A stretch of 64,000 nt of DNA, taken from IMG/VR virus record IMGVR_UViG_3300044627_003892; one strand, written 5' to 3'. Positions within the stretch are counted from its first letter, which is position 1. Each line of letters starts with the position of its first letter. The translations under genes and the position numbers were made by a program. The notes below the pieces were generated by a model. The model did not search any database. It was given only the letters and a program-made list of their open reading frames with translations, and had not been told where the DNA came from. Source of the stretch: a virus (taxonomy: Duplodnaviria > Caudoviricetes). This document shows, piece by piece, positions 1 to 10,093 of the stretch.

Positions 1-27
1 TCGGTTACTATTTTAACTGAAAATATT

Positions 28-255
28 ATGTCGTGGACTTTGGAGGAAGTTACCTATGAAGAAATGGCTAAAATTGCCATTATGTGCTGGGATAGGTCAT
101 ACATGCATAAATGTGCTCAACGATACGATTATATTGAGGAGGGAGGTGGTAAAGGGTTTGTATCAATTTCCGCAAAAATTAATGACTCTAAAACAACAAT
201 TTTTATATCTTGTAATTTTGCAACCGTTAAAAAAAATTTACCTACTATTAATTAG
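28..255 (+). CDS. hypothetical protein (75 aa)
   Basis: ORF track; converges on 248..1648. Confidence 0.45.
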   Translation: MSWTLEEVTYEEMAKIAIMCWDRSYMHKCAQRYDYIEEGGGKGFVSISAKINDSKTTIFISCNFATVKKNLPTIN

Positions 256-1648
256 TAGGTAAATTTGTATTGTATTCAGGAAGAGTAATTATTAAACGTC
301 TATTTATCGCAGTTTGAGCCTTTTTTTGTTCGTCAGTTCCTGTTACTTTTGGCCATTTTGCATTTTTATCATACATGTCAGTTTCACCAATCGGGTTAGG
401 AACAAAATTTGTAATTTCAGGTAAGTCAGAGTTTAATTTTTGTAAAATAACTTGAGCTCTTGCTTCAGATAAACAAAAATTGTAAGAGTTTCTAGTTCTT
501 CCTCCTGGAACTTCACAACCTGGAAATGTTGACCCATCTGCATTAGAATCCGCAGTTGGTAACTTAGGGTCTCTATCAATAGACGCTGAAGTAGTTACTA
601 AAATACCCTTTCGACCTGTTTTTTCATCTTTATAGTTATTCAAAAAATTAATATAGTCATTATAAACATCTTCACCATACATTCTTTTTTGTTTTTTTAC
701 GTCGTTTATGAAATTTTCTAAGTCTTGGGGGCCAGTTCCTTCTAAATTTGTTGTATCAAATGTAAAAGGATTTTTTATATCTAAAGAAATTTTAATACTA
801 ACAGGCTTAGGTGGTGGAATAGGAGTAGGGTCTACTGTTTTTCCATGTGACGAATTGGGCCACCAATCACTTAAAAAAATTGCCATATTTTTTCTTTTAA
901 ATTTTCTAAATGACCAGTCACTAAAGTCTATTTGTGTGTAAGTGTTTTTCGAATCAAGGTTGTTTCTCATAACATACCACTCTTCTTTACTTTTTGGTAC
1001 ATAATATTGTAATAAATTTATTGTTGATGAATTACTAGGTACTCGTTTATTTACCCCGTCTCGACTTAGGATTTCAATATTCTTAGCGTCCAATACAACA
1101 GAACATAAATAAGGGTCAAATTTATCTATCTGAGGAGGTGCGTTATTTTCAGGATAGTTTATCATGATTGTTTGAAAACCTTTGGGAAATTTTGGAAGTA
1201 CCTGATATATTCCTGGTTTAACTTGTTTGTCTAAAACTGAACTAAAACCTCCAAATGTTTCTACTATCGACATATTAGTAATAAATTGATTATTTGTCAC
1301 TGTTTTTGTGTTTAAATCAACAGTAAAATCTTCAGGTTTTCCACTAATATCTACAGCACCTTTAGTTGTATAACCACCTTTATTTCTATCATATTTGATG
1401 TAATATAAATTTCCACTTGAGATTACAACACCAATACGCCCGGCGAATGATTCGTCTGGAACAGTATTACTATTAAATGGACCAAATTCAAAAGGTTTAT
1501 TTTCATTTTCACCAGTGTTTACCACCTCTGTTTTAAGGGCATCTTTTCTAGGAGGTTCCTTTTTTTGTTCAAGGATTATCCCTTTTTTTGTATATAATGA
1601 TAATATACTGTTTCTTTCGTTTTCGGTGATTAAAAATCTTTTGCTCAT
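248..1648 (-). CDS. protein with N-terminal leader (FLITE) and C-terminal OmpA/MotB-like peptidoglycan-binding domain
   Basis: C-terminal PFTFDTT..L, LSEARAQ and INRR motifs match the OmpA_C-like signature; Pro-rich linker PTPIPPPKP. Confidence 0.55.
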   Translation of the reverse strand: MSKRFLITENERNSILSLYTKKGIILEQKKEPPRKDALKTEVVNTGENENKPFEFGPFNSNTVPDESFAGRIGVVISSGNLYYIKYDRNKGGYTTKGAVDISGKPEDFTVDLNTKTVTNNQFITNMSIVETFGGFSSVLDKQVKPGIYQVLPKFPKGFQTIMINYPENNAPPQIDKFDPYLCSVVLDAKNIEILSRDGVNKRVPSNSSTINLLQYYVPKSKEEWYVMRNNLDSKNTYTQIDFSDWSFRKFKRKNMAIFLSDWWPNSSHGKTVDPTPIPPPKPVSIKISLDIKNPFTFDTTNLEGTGPQDLENFINDVKKQKRMYGEDVYNDYINFLNNYKDEKTGRKGILVTTSASIDRDPKLPTADSNADGSTFPGCEVPGGRTRNSYNFCLSEARAQVILQKLNSDLPEITNFVPNPIGETDMYDKNAKWPKVTGTDEQKKAQTAINRRLIITLPEYNTNLPTN

Positions 1649-1696
1649 AAAAATGTTTTATTAATAAATATAGTCTTAAAAGAAAAAAAATGAAAT

Positions 1697-1722
1697 AAAA
1701 AACCCATCTGATAGATGGGTTT
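1697..1722. terminator. intrinsic terminator
   Basis: aaaaaacccatc-tgata-gatgggttt hairpin with A/T tracts, downstream of a minus-strand gene. Confidence 0.75.
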
Positions 1723-1744
1723 AAATTATTTTTTATAAAATTTT

Positions 1745-2200
1745 TTATTCATAAATAGTTTCATCACTAATTACAACTTCATTTTTTGAATTTAACTCTG
1801 CGTAACGAGAATCAACTGGTTTTTCATTACAATATCTCTCAACAGTTATTGGGTCTGATGGTTTTTTTTCAATAAGATATTGTTTTAATTCTTCCTTTGT
1901 CTTAAGGACTTTTGTTCCTGTAACCGTGTATTTTTCGTTAGGACATGGTTTATAATCCTCAGACAATAATGGTTTAACATTTCCAATCGATGACTCCATT
2001 AATCCGTAAAATCTACGTTTATAATGTTCAACAGTTGTAACACCCGTTGTTACTGTTTGAGTATTACCAGTAGTCCCTGTAGTACTTGATTGAGTATTAC
2101 CAGATGTAATTGTAGAATCTTCTTGTTCAGATATTATTCTATTTTCTAAAAGTTGATTTAACTTTTGTATGTGTCTTATTTTACTATAACTTTTGTTCAT
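1745..2200 (-). CDS. leader-family hypothetical protein with Thr-rich linker
   Basis: Start reassigned to MNKSYSK (2200) after TATTTAT motif; internal RFYGLMESSIGNVKPL shared with 3441 and 7284 genes. Confidence 0.7.
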   Translation of the reverse strand: MNKSYSKIRHIQKLNQLLENRIISEQEDSTITSGNTQSSTTGTTGNTQTVTTGVTTVEHYKRRFYGLMESSIGNVKPLLSEDYKPCPNEKYTVTGTKVLKTKEELKQYLIEKKPSDPITVERYCNEKPVDSRYAELNSKNEVVISDETIYE

Positions 2201-2213
2201 ACTAATAAATATA

Positions 2214-2918
2214 TTAAGATACAATAATGTTCACATCAACATATTGCCAGTCTCTGTTTATCATTGTTTTATATTGACCCAAATTTTCTATAATACAATC
2301 CCATACAGGGTTTTCAAACAATTCATCATTATCATACTTTATGTCATAAACCAAGTGAACCATATCATCATAATTTTCCATAAAATGATGAACCTTTCTA
2401 ACAAGGTCATCAACAAATATTTTTTCAATTTCAAAAGTGATGTCTATTCTAAAAGATTCACTACTTTCCCAATACATTTCAAAGTTATCATCAACAATAT
2501 ATTTTCCATATATTGTATATATTATGCTGTTATTATCTCTGTATTTTATCTCAACGGTATCTGTATTTAAACATTTCCTTAATTTTTTTTCATTTTCTTT
2601 AGGAATATAAAACTCTCCTTTATTGAAATCATTTAATACTATAAGTGATGGACGTTGATATGATTTAATTGATACATTGGCAAAATTTCCAACAGTATCT
2701 AATTCATCATCAAGTAAAGAGCTGAGTGCATTGTATGAAAACGGAATGTTATTTGGATTTTTTATCTTTAAGATTGGAACCTTAATTAGTTCATTATCCA
2801 AATAAACACCAGTATATTTGTCATCATGATAAATTATTAATCCGTGAATCTCTTTTGACTTAAAATAAACGGACATTACTTTAGAAAACGCCTTGTATTT
2901 GGGACGTAAATTACTCAT
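2214..2918 (-). CDS. hypothetical protein
   Basis: 234 aa ORF in minus-strand run. Confidence 0.7.
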   Translation of the reverse strand: MSNLRPKYKAFSKVMSVYFKSKEIHGLIIYHDDKYTGVYLDNELIKVPILKIKNPNNIPFSYNALSSLLDDELDTVGNFANVSIKSYQRPSLIVLNDFNKGEFYIPKENEKKLRKCLNTDTVEIKYRDNNSIIYTIYGKYIVDDNFEMYWESSESFRIDITFEIEKIFVDDLVRKVHHFMENYDDMVHLVYDIKYDNDELFENPVWDCIIENLGQYKTMINRDWQYVDVNIIVS

Positions 2919-2921
2919 ATA

Positions 2922-3431
2922 TTATATTTCGTATTCGTCAGGGATTATTTCTTCAACGTCTTCTTCTGTTGTATTAATCACTCGTTTCATATCTCTCCAA
3001 TCAATACCATTGATTGATAGAACATGTACCATTGTCATACCTGAATTAAGTTTTTTATCACTCAATAATGCCCATTCATCCGCAGTATCATCCTCATACA
3101 TTTTCAAATAATTATATAAGATTGCAATATCAACTTCATCAGTAACTTCAGGTATTATTACATCAACATAAACGTCATACATTTCTCCAAAGTAGTCGTC
3201 TGCCTCTTCAACTGCTTTTATTTGAACAGGAAGTCGGTACCTTTTGGACAAATCGTCAAGATAGAACTCAATATTACCACCTAACTTTGAATCAACCAAT
3301 GCTTTTAAATATGGATATTGGGAAACTTTTTGAATGAATTGTTCCAAACCACCAAAAAACTTGGAGATTTCCATAACAGAAACTCCTTTATCAATTAAAC
3401 CAATTACTTTTTGTGAAAAATTATCAGACAT
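2922..3431 (-). CDS. hypothetical protein
   Basis: 169 aa acidic ORF. Confidence 0.7.
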   Translation of the reverse strand: MSDNFSQKVIGLIDKGVSVMEISKFFGGLEQFIQKVSQYPYLKALVDSKLGGNIEFYLDDLSKRYRLPVQIKAVEEADDYFGEMYDVYVDVIIPEVTDEVDIAILYNYLKMYEDDTADEWALLSDKKLNSGMTMVHVLSINGIDWRDMKRVINTTEEDVEEIIPDEYEI

Positions 3432-3440
3432 ATAAATTAA

Positions 3441-4835
3441 TTAAGCGGTAGGGAAATCAGGTATTATATCTTGACTTTGTTTATCAGGAATATTCATTAC
3501 ATACTCATTTTTCCAACCGTTGTACATTTTATTTAAATCGATTGAATATTTAATTTTATTTTTTTCAGGATATCGTGTAGGTTTGATAATATCAATAGTC
3601 GTGTAGTAACTAAATAACCAATAAAATGATGCATTATTATACGTATTGACATATATTGGCAAAAAATCTTTCTTAGACTCTACCGAATTCAAACTTTCAC
3701 ACGTTTCATCAAGAATTAAAATTCCATTCTCAATTTTTGTTCCACATCCATCATAACCAATCATAATTGTATAATCGTACAAACATTGTTTAAAACTATC
3801 AATAAATTTGTTTAAATTTGAATTAATTTTAAGTCCTTTTTTTGAAAGTGTGTCAAACAAAACTTTAAATCTCGTAAATTGTTCCTGTTTATCAACCCTA
3901 TAATCTATTTGGGTATCAGAATCAGGGTCAGGAAAAATTTTATCAAAGTCTAAAAATGATGAGGACGAATTAGATGATGATAAACTATGTGGATATTCTG
4001 ATTTTTTATTTGAACTTATTATCCCATTATCTGAAGAGTGGAATTTAATTCCATTTTCATTAAAATATCCGTCAACTAAATGACCAATTTCATGTAAAAC
4101 AGATTCTTCCCATATTCCGGGATTGTCTAACTTATAACCCTCACCAAAGAGATAGTCAGAAAAGGTACATATATATACAATTCCATCAACTAATGATGGA
4201 TAAACATACATCATTGTATTAGGGTTTTTTTCATTGTAGTTAAAATCTAATTTGAATGATATAGATGGTAAATATGTACTAATTAGATTATCAATCTCGT
4301 GTTTTACTTTATCCTCACTAACAGGAACTCCATTTTTTTTTGATATTGTAATTATTTTATTAATAATTTCAGGTTTTGATTTATAATCAAAATATTTTTT
4401 AAAAAAATTAATGCTTTTATTTAAAAAATTTGATTTAGCGTATTGTGTAGGGTTTAAATTTTTTATTTTTTGTTGAACCCATTTTTGAAATAAACTATTT
4501 TGAGATGTATAATATTCCTTATATGGTATTTCTTGAGCATATTTAATTTTTAGTGATTCAAAATCTTTTTTTATTTTTGCATTAGCTAGTTCTATATCAC
4601 GTTTTAATTTTAAATCAGGGTTGTCTTCAATTGTTTTTTTTGATATTTGTCGAGTGTTGTTTTGTTGGAATTGCCCACCCGCACCCAAATAATCTGATTT
4701 AGGCATATAATCAGATTGATTAATTTTTCTAACATCAAATGGTGGGTCTTGTTCCGAAATTAAAGGTTTAACATCACCAATGGTAGATTCCATTAAATTG
4801 AAAAATCTTTTTCTATAATTTTCAATATTGTTCAT
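3441..4835 (-). CDS. leader-family protein with HExxH zinc-metallopeptidase-like motif
   Basis: MNNIENYRKRFFNLMESTIGDVKPL leader; SVLHEIGHLVD and a downstream EQFTR Glu. Confidence 0.6.
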   Translation of the reverse strand: MNNIENYRKRFFNLMESTIGDVKPLISEQDPPFDVRKINQSDYMPKSDYLGAGGQFQQNNTRQISKKTIEDNPDLKLKRDIELANAKIKKDFESLKIKYAQEIPYKEYYTSQNSLFQKWVQQKIKNLNPTQYAKSNFLNKSINFFKKYFDYKSKPEIINKIITISKKNGVPVSEDKVKHEIDNLISTYLPSISFKLDFNYNEKNPNTMMYVYPSLVDGIVYICTFSDYLFGEGYKLDNPGIWEESVLHEIGHLVDGYFNENGIKFHSSDNGIISSNKKSEYPHSLSSSNSSSSFLDFDKIFPDPDSDTQIDYRVDKQEQFTRFKVLFDTLSKKGLKINSNLNKFIDSFKQCLYDYTIMIGYDGCGTKIENGILILDETCESLNSVESKKDFLPIYVNTYNNASFYWLFSYYTTIDIIKPTRYPEKNKIKYSIDLNKMYNGWKNEYVMNIPDKQSQDIIPDFPTA

Positions 4836-4857
4836 ATTAATAAATACATTGTAAAAC

Positions 4858-4883
4858 AAAAAACCCCACTCGTGGTGGGGTTT
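4858..4883. terminator. intrinsic terminator
   Basis: aaaccccac-tcgtg-gtggggttt hairpin. Confidence 0.75.
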
Positions 4884-4903
4884 AAATATTCTTGTAAAAA
4901 AAA

Positions 4904-5281
4904 TTATAAATATTTTTTAATTACATTAACCTTAAATGGTCCCAAAGGATTTGGGAAGTTTTCTTTTACTTGAGAAGGGTAACTGTATTCTAAAAAATAT
5001 ACTTTTTCACCATCAGTTATAAATCTTATTGGTGCTGGACCTTTATTTACGTTTTCAAAAAATACTATCATATCAGGTTCATAGTTAAAGAATTTTGTAG
5101 CTTCTTTAATTTCTCCATACATTTTTTGGTCTGTAAAAGCAAAATCTCTCCAATTTTGTTTCATTTTATAACCTTTTTTTCTTAACTCATCGTAAAAACC
5201 AGGATTTTGTGGTTGCTCAAGAATTACTCTTTTAACCAATCTTACTAAATCTGACTCAGTTAATCTTACTACTTTTTTCAT
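4904..5281 (-). CDS. RLTESDL leader-family protein
   Basis: MKKVVRLTESDLVRLVKRVILEQ N-terminus. Confidence 0.75.
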   Translation of the reverse strand: MKKVVRLTESDLVRLVKRVILEQPQNPGFYDELRKKGYKMKQNWRDFAFTDQKMYGEIKEATKFFNYEPDMIVFFENVNKGPAPIRFITDGEKVYFLEYSYPSQVKENFPNPLGPFKVNVIKKYL

Positions 5282-5320
5282 GATAATGTTTTATTATAAA
5301 TACATTATAAAACAAAAAAA

Positions 5321-5824
5321 TTACTCTTCTTCGTCAAGATATCTACCAAGATTAACAGGTTCCACAAATGTTCCCTCAAGTTCGGACATTTCTTTCTTAT
5401 ACTCCTCTAAAGTTTCAACTGAATAGATGGGAGCAAATAATGGACGACGATTAAATGGAACATTATCTCGGTTTTCCCATTCCTCCAATTCTTTTTCTAT
5501 ATTAGGAATTTGTCGTTTTACATATGAATATTTGTACCATTTCTCGTAGTCCTCACGTGTGGGAACGAATTTAACGTCACCATAGTTATAAATATTCAAA
5601 TCAGGGTTGTTTGTGTAAACATTAAGAATACCCTCATCACCATCATACTGATTACATAACTCTTGAAGAGTATATGGGTTTGTTATACCTTTATCTTCCC
5701 AACTTCTTCCATAGGAATGAATTTTACAGATATAAAAATATCCGTCTTCAAAAGAATAGATTTCACTATTAATCTTGTCTTTCAATTCAACAAGTTGTTC
5801 TATTGTGTAATTAGATAAATCCAT
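5321..5824 (-). CDS. hypothetical protein (host-type promoter)
   Basis: Start MDLSNY just after TATATTTG on the minus strand. Confidence 0.7.
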   Translation of the reverse strand: MDLSNYTIEQLVELKDKINSEIYSFEDGYFYICKIHSYGRSWEDKGITNPYTLQELCNQYDGDEGILNVYTNNPDLNIYNYGDVKFVPTREDYEKWYKYSYVKRQIPNIEKELEEWENRDNVPFNRRPLFAPIYSVETLEEYKKEMSELEGTFVEPVNLGRYLDEEE

Positions 5825-5840
5825 GGGACAAATATAAAAC

Positions 5841-5874
5841 AAAAAACCCCATCAAACAAATGAATGGGGTTTTA
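5841..5874. terminator. intrinsic terminator
   Basis: aaaaaaccccat...atggggtttt hairpin. Confidence 0.7.
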
Positions 5875-5892
5875 AAATTATAATATTTATTT

Positions 5893-6309
5893 TTACATTT
5901 GATTTCTTAGTTTATCTTCAAGACCTCTTAAATCGTCTCTTTTTGTTGTATAAACTCCGAATCCTTTATCATCGTCTTGATTCGCTCCGAAACCTTTTTT
6001 CAATTTACTCAATATCAAATTTCCAACAACTTCAGGTTTTTCCATGATAAAATTAGCCAAGTCAATTAATTCATCATTTCCTTTTTCTGAAAATTCAAAA
6101 CTAGACAAGATATCATCAAGTATTCTATTAATTTGTCTCGATTCTGTTTTAGTTGCAGTTTCGTCCTCTTTTAAAAATAATTTTACATCTCCCGACTTGG
6201 TGTTAATCAATTTTGAAAAGTTTTCTGTAACAACATTCATTCCCCCTGTATGTTGACCACGTATGGAGTTCTTTTCTTCCTCCGTTAAGTTATTTAATAA
6301 ATGTTTCAT
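5893..6309 (-). CDS. leader-family hypothetical protein
   Basis: MKHLLNNLTEEEKNSIRGQH N-terminus; internal LINTKSGDVKLFLKE echoes the STIGDVKPL leader. Confidence 0.7.
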   Translation of the reverse strand: MKHLLNNLTEEEKNSIRGQHTGGMNVVTENFSKLINTKSGDVKLFLKEDETATKTESRQINRILDDILSSFEFSEKGNDELIDLANFIMEKPEVVGNLILSKLKKGFGANQDDDKGFGVYTTKRDDLRGLEDKLRNQM

Positions 6310-6392
6310 AATTTGTTTGTTTACTATAAATATATCGTTAAATAAAAAACCCCACTTTGTGGGTAGGGTTAATATAATATTAAAAATTATAA

Positions 6393-6869
6393 TTATGGAA
6401 TAAGTAAAGTAGAAACTTTAGGTAAATTTAATTTTGATAAGATTGGTAACCCAACAATCAATCCTAAAATTGCAACCATCTCCGAAAGTATCAGTCTTCT
6501 TTCTTCTTTTGTAAAAACTTTACCAGTTGTTTCTAACTCTTCTAACTTTTTATTCAATAATTCGGCTCTTCGTTTTAAGTTATTTATTTGTTTTTCATCA
6601 ATCTTACCTTTAACTTTATCAATTGTTCGATTAATTAATAACCTCAGTTTGTTTTTCATAGAAATTAAAGTTGTTTTTATTTGTTCTTTTTTTTCTTCAA
6701 AATTTTCTTTTCTAACCATAGAAATTTGGTCACGGAATTGCTCAATGTCCTTTTTTAACATGTATTTTTCATCTTCTGAAAACAATCCGTCATCTGGTAC
6801 TTGTTCAGAAATTACTCTTTTAACTAATCTTATCAAATCTGATTCTGTTAATCTTATAACTTTTTTCAT
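6393..6869 (-). CDS. RLTESDL leader-family protein, coiled coil with C-terminal hydrophobic segment
   Basis: MKKVIRLTESDLIRLVKRVISEQ; VAILGLIVGLPIL. Confidence 0.75.
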   Translation of the reverse strand: MKKVIRLTESDLIRLVKRVISEQVPDDGLFSEDEKYMLKKDIEQFRDQISMVRKENFEEKKEQIKTTLISMKNKLRLLINRTIDKVKGKIDEKQINNLKRRAELLNKKLEELETTGKVFTKEERRLILSEMVAILGLIVGLPILSKLNLPKVSTLLIP

Positions 6870-6903
6870 AATATTTTAATTTATATATAAATATATCAAC
6901 TTT

Positions 6904-7215
6904 TTAAAATTCCATGTTAATTCTCTTAATTTCTATTCCAAACTTATCGGAATAATATTTTTCAATACCTTCACCCACCGAATTTCCAAATAAAACACGC
7001 ATCTTTTCAAAAAAAGAATAATCAATCCATAATGTCCCGTGATTATTTCTGTGGGCAATTCTTACAGAGTGACCATTACTATCAACGTCTCTCCTACTAA
7101 AGAAATGAATATACCCATCATCTTTGTCAATGTTCATTTCAACATCACCATAGGTAGCATCCATGTACTTCTTAATAACCTCATTTAACTTACTTTCGGT
7201 AATAATATACTTCAT
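6904..7215 (-). CDS. MKYxITES leader-family protein
   Basis: MKYIITESKLNEVIKKYMD. Confidence 0.75.
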   Translation of the reverse strand: MKYIITESKLNEVIKKYMDATYGDVEMNIDKDDGYIHFFSRRDVDSNGHSVRIAHRNNHGTLWIDYSFFEKMRVLFGNSVGEGIEKYYSDKFGIEIKRINMEF

Positions 7216-7283
7216 ATTACAATAAATACCTTATAAATAAAAAACCCCTCTTTATAGGAGGGGTTAATCATCTAATAATAAAT

Positions 7284-7589
7284 TTATTTCATTTTTTCCC
7301 AAACCGCCTTACAAAAATTGGTTTCTCCGATATCAATCTTAATTGCAGTAACATAACCCTTTCCTCTTGCAATGTTACCTGTTTGTGATTGACAAGTCAT
7401 TTTATCAACACTTGATGGTGTTTTAATAAGACATATTTGGTTTTCAGGGTCAGTTAAATTTGATTTACACCATGTATCTTCTTCAGCCTTTTTTTCGATA
7501 ATTGCCTCAGATAATAATGGTCTTACATCACCAATGGTTGATTCCATTAAATTGAAAAATCTGTTTTTGTATTGTTCTATATTGTTCAT
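7284..7589 (-). CDS. leader-family protein, Cys-containing
   Basis: Start reassigned to MNNIEQYKNRFFNLMESTIGDVRPL; four Cys. Confidence 0.7.
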   Translation of the reverse strand: MNNIEQYKNRFFNLMESTIGDVRPLLSEAIIEKKAEEDTWCKSNLTDPENQICLIKTPSSVDKMTCQSQTGNIARGKGYVTAIKIDIGETNFCKAVWEKMK

Positions 7590-7617
7590 AATAATAAATA
7601 TATCATAAAATAAAAAA

Positions 7618-7643
7618 GGGGTAGGGGGGATTGGGACAACGGG
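7618..7643 (+). repeat. G-rich 25-bp motif, copy 1 of 3
   Basis: ggggtaggggggattgggacaacggg; near-identical at 9179-9203 and 10094-10118. Confidence 0.85.
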
Positions 7644-7654
7644 AAAAAAATATT

Positions 7655-7966
7655 TTATACAAAAATAACATCCCACACCGCAGTGGAATCTCCGTTTTTG
7701 TCTTTAGGAAATAATAATGTAAACATGGTTCCAATCTTTTCTTCAATATCTGAACCCTCATCATAAGCGTGATAACTACGACCACCTGTATTTAGTATAA
7801 TTTGATATACAGGATATGTATCATTTCTAAATTTCCAATTTTTTGTTTTTATCTCAACATCACCATTAAACCATTCGTATTCAGATAATAAGTTCTCAAC
7901 ATAATCCTTTAAGAAATTAACTTTCCTCATTTGTAAATTCTGAGACTCGGTGATAATGTATTTCAT
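7655..7966 (-). CDS. MKYxITES leader-family protein
   Basis: MKYIITESQ N-terminus. Confidence 0.75.
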   Translation of the reverse strand: MKYIITESQNLQMRKVNFLKDYVENLLSEYEWFNGDVEIKTKNWKFRNDTYPVYQIILNTGGRSYHAYDEGSDIEEKIGTMFTLLFPKDKNGDSTAVWDVIFV

Positions 7967-7979
7967 ATTCTACCTAATA

Positions 7980-8687
7980 TTATTTAGCCCTTTTCACCCT
8001 TTTTTCAGGAGGTCTTACAAATTTAATATTATTTATTTCTTCCCAGTTCTCAATAAATTGTCTTGCAACTGTTTCAGGAATTCGTTTATCCATTAAATGT
8101 TTAATTGCGTCTTGAATTAATGTGTTTCTTGGGTCATCAAAATTTTTCAATTCAGAGTCAACCAATTTAGCCATTCTTGAATCTTTTAATTTTTTAGGTA
8201 GTGGTTTAGTACCAATCTTATGTGGTATTCTTGTTAATAAGTTTGTTCCTACTAATGCGGCGGTAATTATACCAGCAACCATTGCGCTATCAATGTCTTG
8301 GTGTTGTGGATTCAAGGTATTAATAGTAACCGCTCCTGTCATAAGAGACAATACTGTAGTTGCAAATCGTGTGATTATTTTTGTAAGCTCAAGTTTATTT
8401 TTTTCAGCTTCGGTATCAACAGTAATACCCCTTCTAGAAAAACCTATTGATTCACTAACCGTATCACCTTCAATAACACTATCAACAACATCTTCAGCAA
8501 CGTCTTTAAATTCATCTTCCCCAATAGAGTTATATAGTTTACCAAGAGTTAATAAATCTTCTTTTGATATGTTATTAAGAATTATATTGGTTACCTCGTC
8601 AGTTATTTGTTGTTCCTCGTTTTCACGAATAATACGTTTAACAATTCTTGTCAAATCAGATTCAGTTAATCTTACAATCTTTTTCAT
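7980..8687 (-). CDS. RLTESDL leader-family membrane protein
   Basis: Start reassigned to MKKIVRLTESDL; two hydrophobic segments. Confidence 0.75.
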   Translation of the reverse strand: MKKIVRLTESDLTRIVKRIIRENEEQQITDEVTNIILNNISKEDLLTLGKLYNSIGEDEFKDVAEDVVDSVIEGDTVSESIGFSRRGITVDTEAEKNKLELTKIITRFATTVLSLMTGAVTINTLNPQHQDIDSAMVAGIITAALVGTNLLTRIPHKIGTKPLPKKLKDSRMAKLVDSELKNFDDPRNTLIQDAIKHLMDKRIPETVARQFIENWEEINNIKFVRPPEKRVKRAK

Positions 8688-8707
8688 ATTACAATAAATA
8701 TATACCA

Positions 8708-8734
8708 AATAAAAAACCCCTCACATCGGAGGGG
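8708..8734. terminator. intrinsic terminator, identical to 62727-62753
   Basis: aataaaaaacccctcacatcggagggg at both sites. Confidence 0.75.
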
Positions 8735-8759
8735 TTGTATAATTTAATATTGTTTTACA

Positions 8760-9140
8760 TCACCAACGTCTTGGATTAAACCATCCGAGATGTCTACCGG
8801 TTTCCTTAAAGCTTTGACGATTATCATCTTCTTCTTCATCTTCTTTACCAAGAAGGACATAATTCAACTCGTCAAGAACTGTATATTTATCAACCTCCTC
8901 ATCATTAACATTCAAAAAGATATCACGTCCAAGATATTTCATCAACGGGGTACCTCCTTCAACATGCTCATTATATAACTCAATAATACTCTGTGGTGAA
9001 GCCGTTTCACCAACTTTATTTCTAACACCCTTAAATCCGGCAGATATGAAAATATCTTTTTCTTCATACCTATTTTCCTTAACAACTCTTTTAACTATTT
9101 TAACCAAATCTGATTCAGTTAATGTTATAACTTTTTTCAT
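8760..9140 (-). CDS. LTESDL leader-family protein
   Basis: MKKVITLTESDLVKIVKRVVKE. Confidence 0.75.
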   Translation of the reverse strand: MKKVITLTESDLVKIVKRVVKENRYEEKDIFISAGFKGVRNKVGETASPQSIIELYNEHVEGGTPLMKYLGRDIFLNVNDEEVDKYTVLDELNYVLLGKEDEEEDDNRQSFKETGRHLGWFNPRRW

Positions 9141-9178
9141 ATTAATATTTTATAATAAATACATCCCAAAACAAAAAA

Positions 9179-9203
9179 GGGGGTAGGGGGATTGGAACAA
9201 CGG
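9179..9203 (+). repeat. G-rich 25-bp motif, copy 2
   Basis: gggggtagggggattggaacaacgg. Confidence 0.85.
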
Positions 9204-9230
9204 AAAAAAAATTTTAAAATATTTATATAT

Positions 9231-9602
9231 ATGAACCTACATGAAAGCATCCAAAGAATTAAAGTATTAATGGAATCTAAGTCAGAATTTAATTATGCTG
9301 ACAAAAATGATTTAAATATCGTTAGAGAAGATAACTACCTTAACAAGTACTATGAAAATATAGATATGTTAGAAACTGAAGATGGAGATGTTTATTTAAA
9401 ACATGAAGATTTCCATAATAATTTCATTAAGTTAGATGATTTAATCAGAGACTACAGATGGAGCTCATATGGTCCACAATACGAGGACGAAATAAAATTG
9501 GCCATCGGTATACACAAAGAAGAAAAAGAATTTATTACTAACTTTCTGTTAGGAACAAAATACGAATATCTAATTCCACATATTCTTAAGCAAAAACCTT
9601 AA
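9231..9602 (+). CDS. MNLxE leader-family protein
   Basis: Start reassigned to MNLHESIQRIKVLMES after TATTTAT. Confidence 0.7.
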   Translation: MNLHESIQRIKVLMESKSEFNYADKNDLNIVREDNYLNKYYENIDMLETEDGDVYLKHEDFHNNFIKLDDLIRDYRWSSYGPQYEDEIKLAIGIHKEEKEFITNFLLGTKYEYLIPHILKQKP

Positions 9603-9608
9603 AAATTT

Positions 9609-10073
9609 TTATAAATTCACAACAAGGTCATCCATTCCTTCAATAATAATTCCACATTCAGAGTAGAACTCATAATTACATTTGCCAGTGTTTTTGGCTC
9701 TAATCGTAATTAGAGAATGTTCATCTTCGGATAAAGAAACAGTAGAGGCATATTTTTTACATAACAACACAAAATCATTCAAACTAATCTCAGGATTATT
9801 ACTTAACTCTTCCATAATATATCCCATAGCAATCTTTCGGGGAATGTAGTGGTCCTTTACAACTTTAACCCCATTAACCTTTGCTCCATTTGAGGATAAA
9901 CCTGTTTCCCAAAACTTGGTATTGGTTAAATCAAATAATGGGTTTCGGTTTCTAGACAAGAACATATCATACAATTCATCATTGTCCTTAACTTCCAAAT
10001 ATCGTGGGATAAGACATACAAAATCTTTTAATGTCTCATTACACTTAACCAATTGTTTATTTGTTAATTTCAT
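9609..10073 (-). CDS. hypothetical protein (host-type promoter)
   Basis: Start MKLTNKQ after TATATTTG. Confidence 0.65.
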   Translation of the reverse strand: MKLTNKQLVKCNETLKDFVCLIPRYLEVKDNDELYDMFLSRNRNPLFDLTNTKFWETGLSSNGAKVNGVKVVKDHYIPRKIAMGYIMEELSNNPEISLNDFVLLCKKYASTVSLSEDEHSLITIRAKNTGKCNYEFYSECGIIIEGMDDLVVNL

Positions 10074-10093
10074 ATTGCAAATATAATAAAAAA

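Noticed and set aside
8122-8697. 191-aa plus-strand ORF, and similar antisense ORFs (54422-54958, 50926-51354, 2193-2570, 12458-12787)
   Set aside because: They overlap better-supported opposite-strand genes or regulatory gaps and have shadow-like composition.
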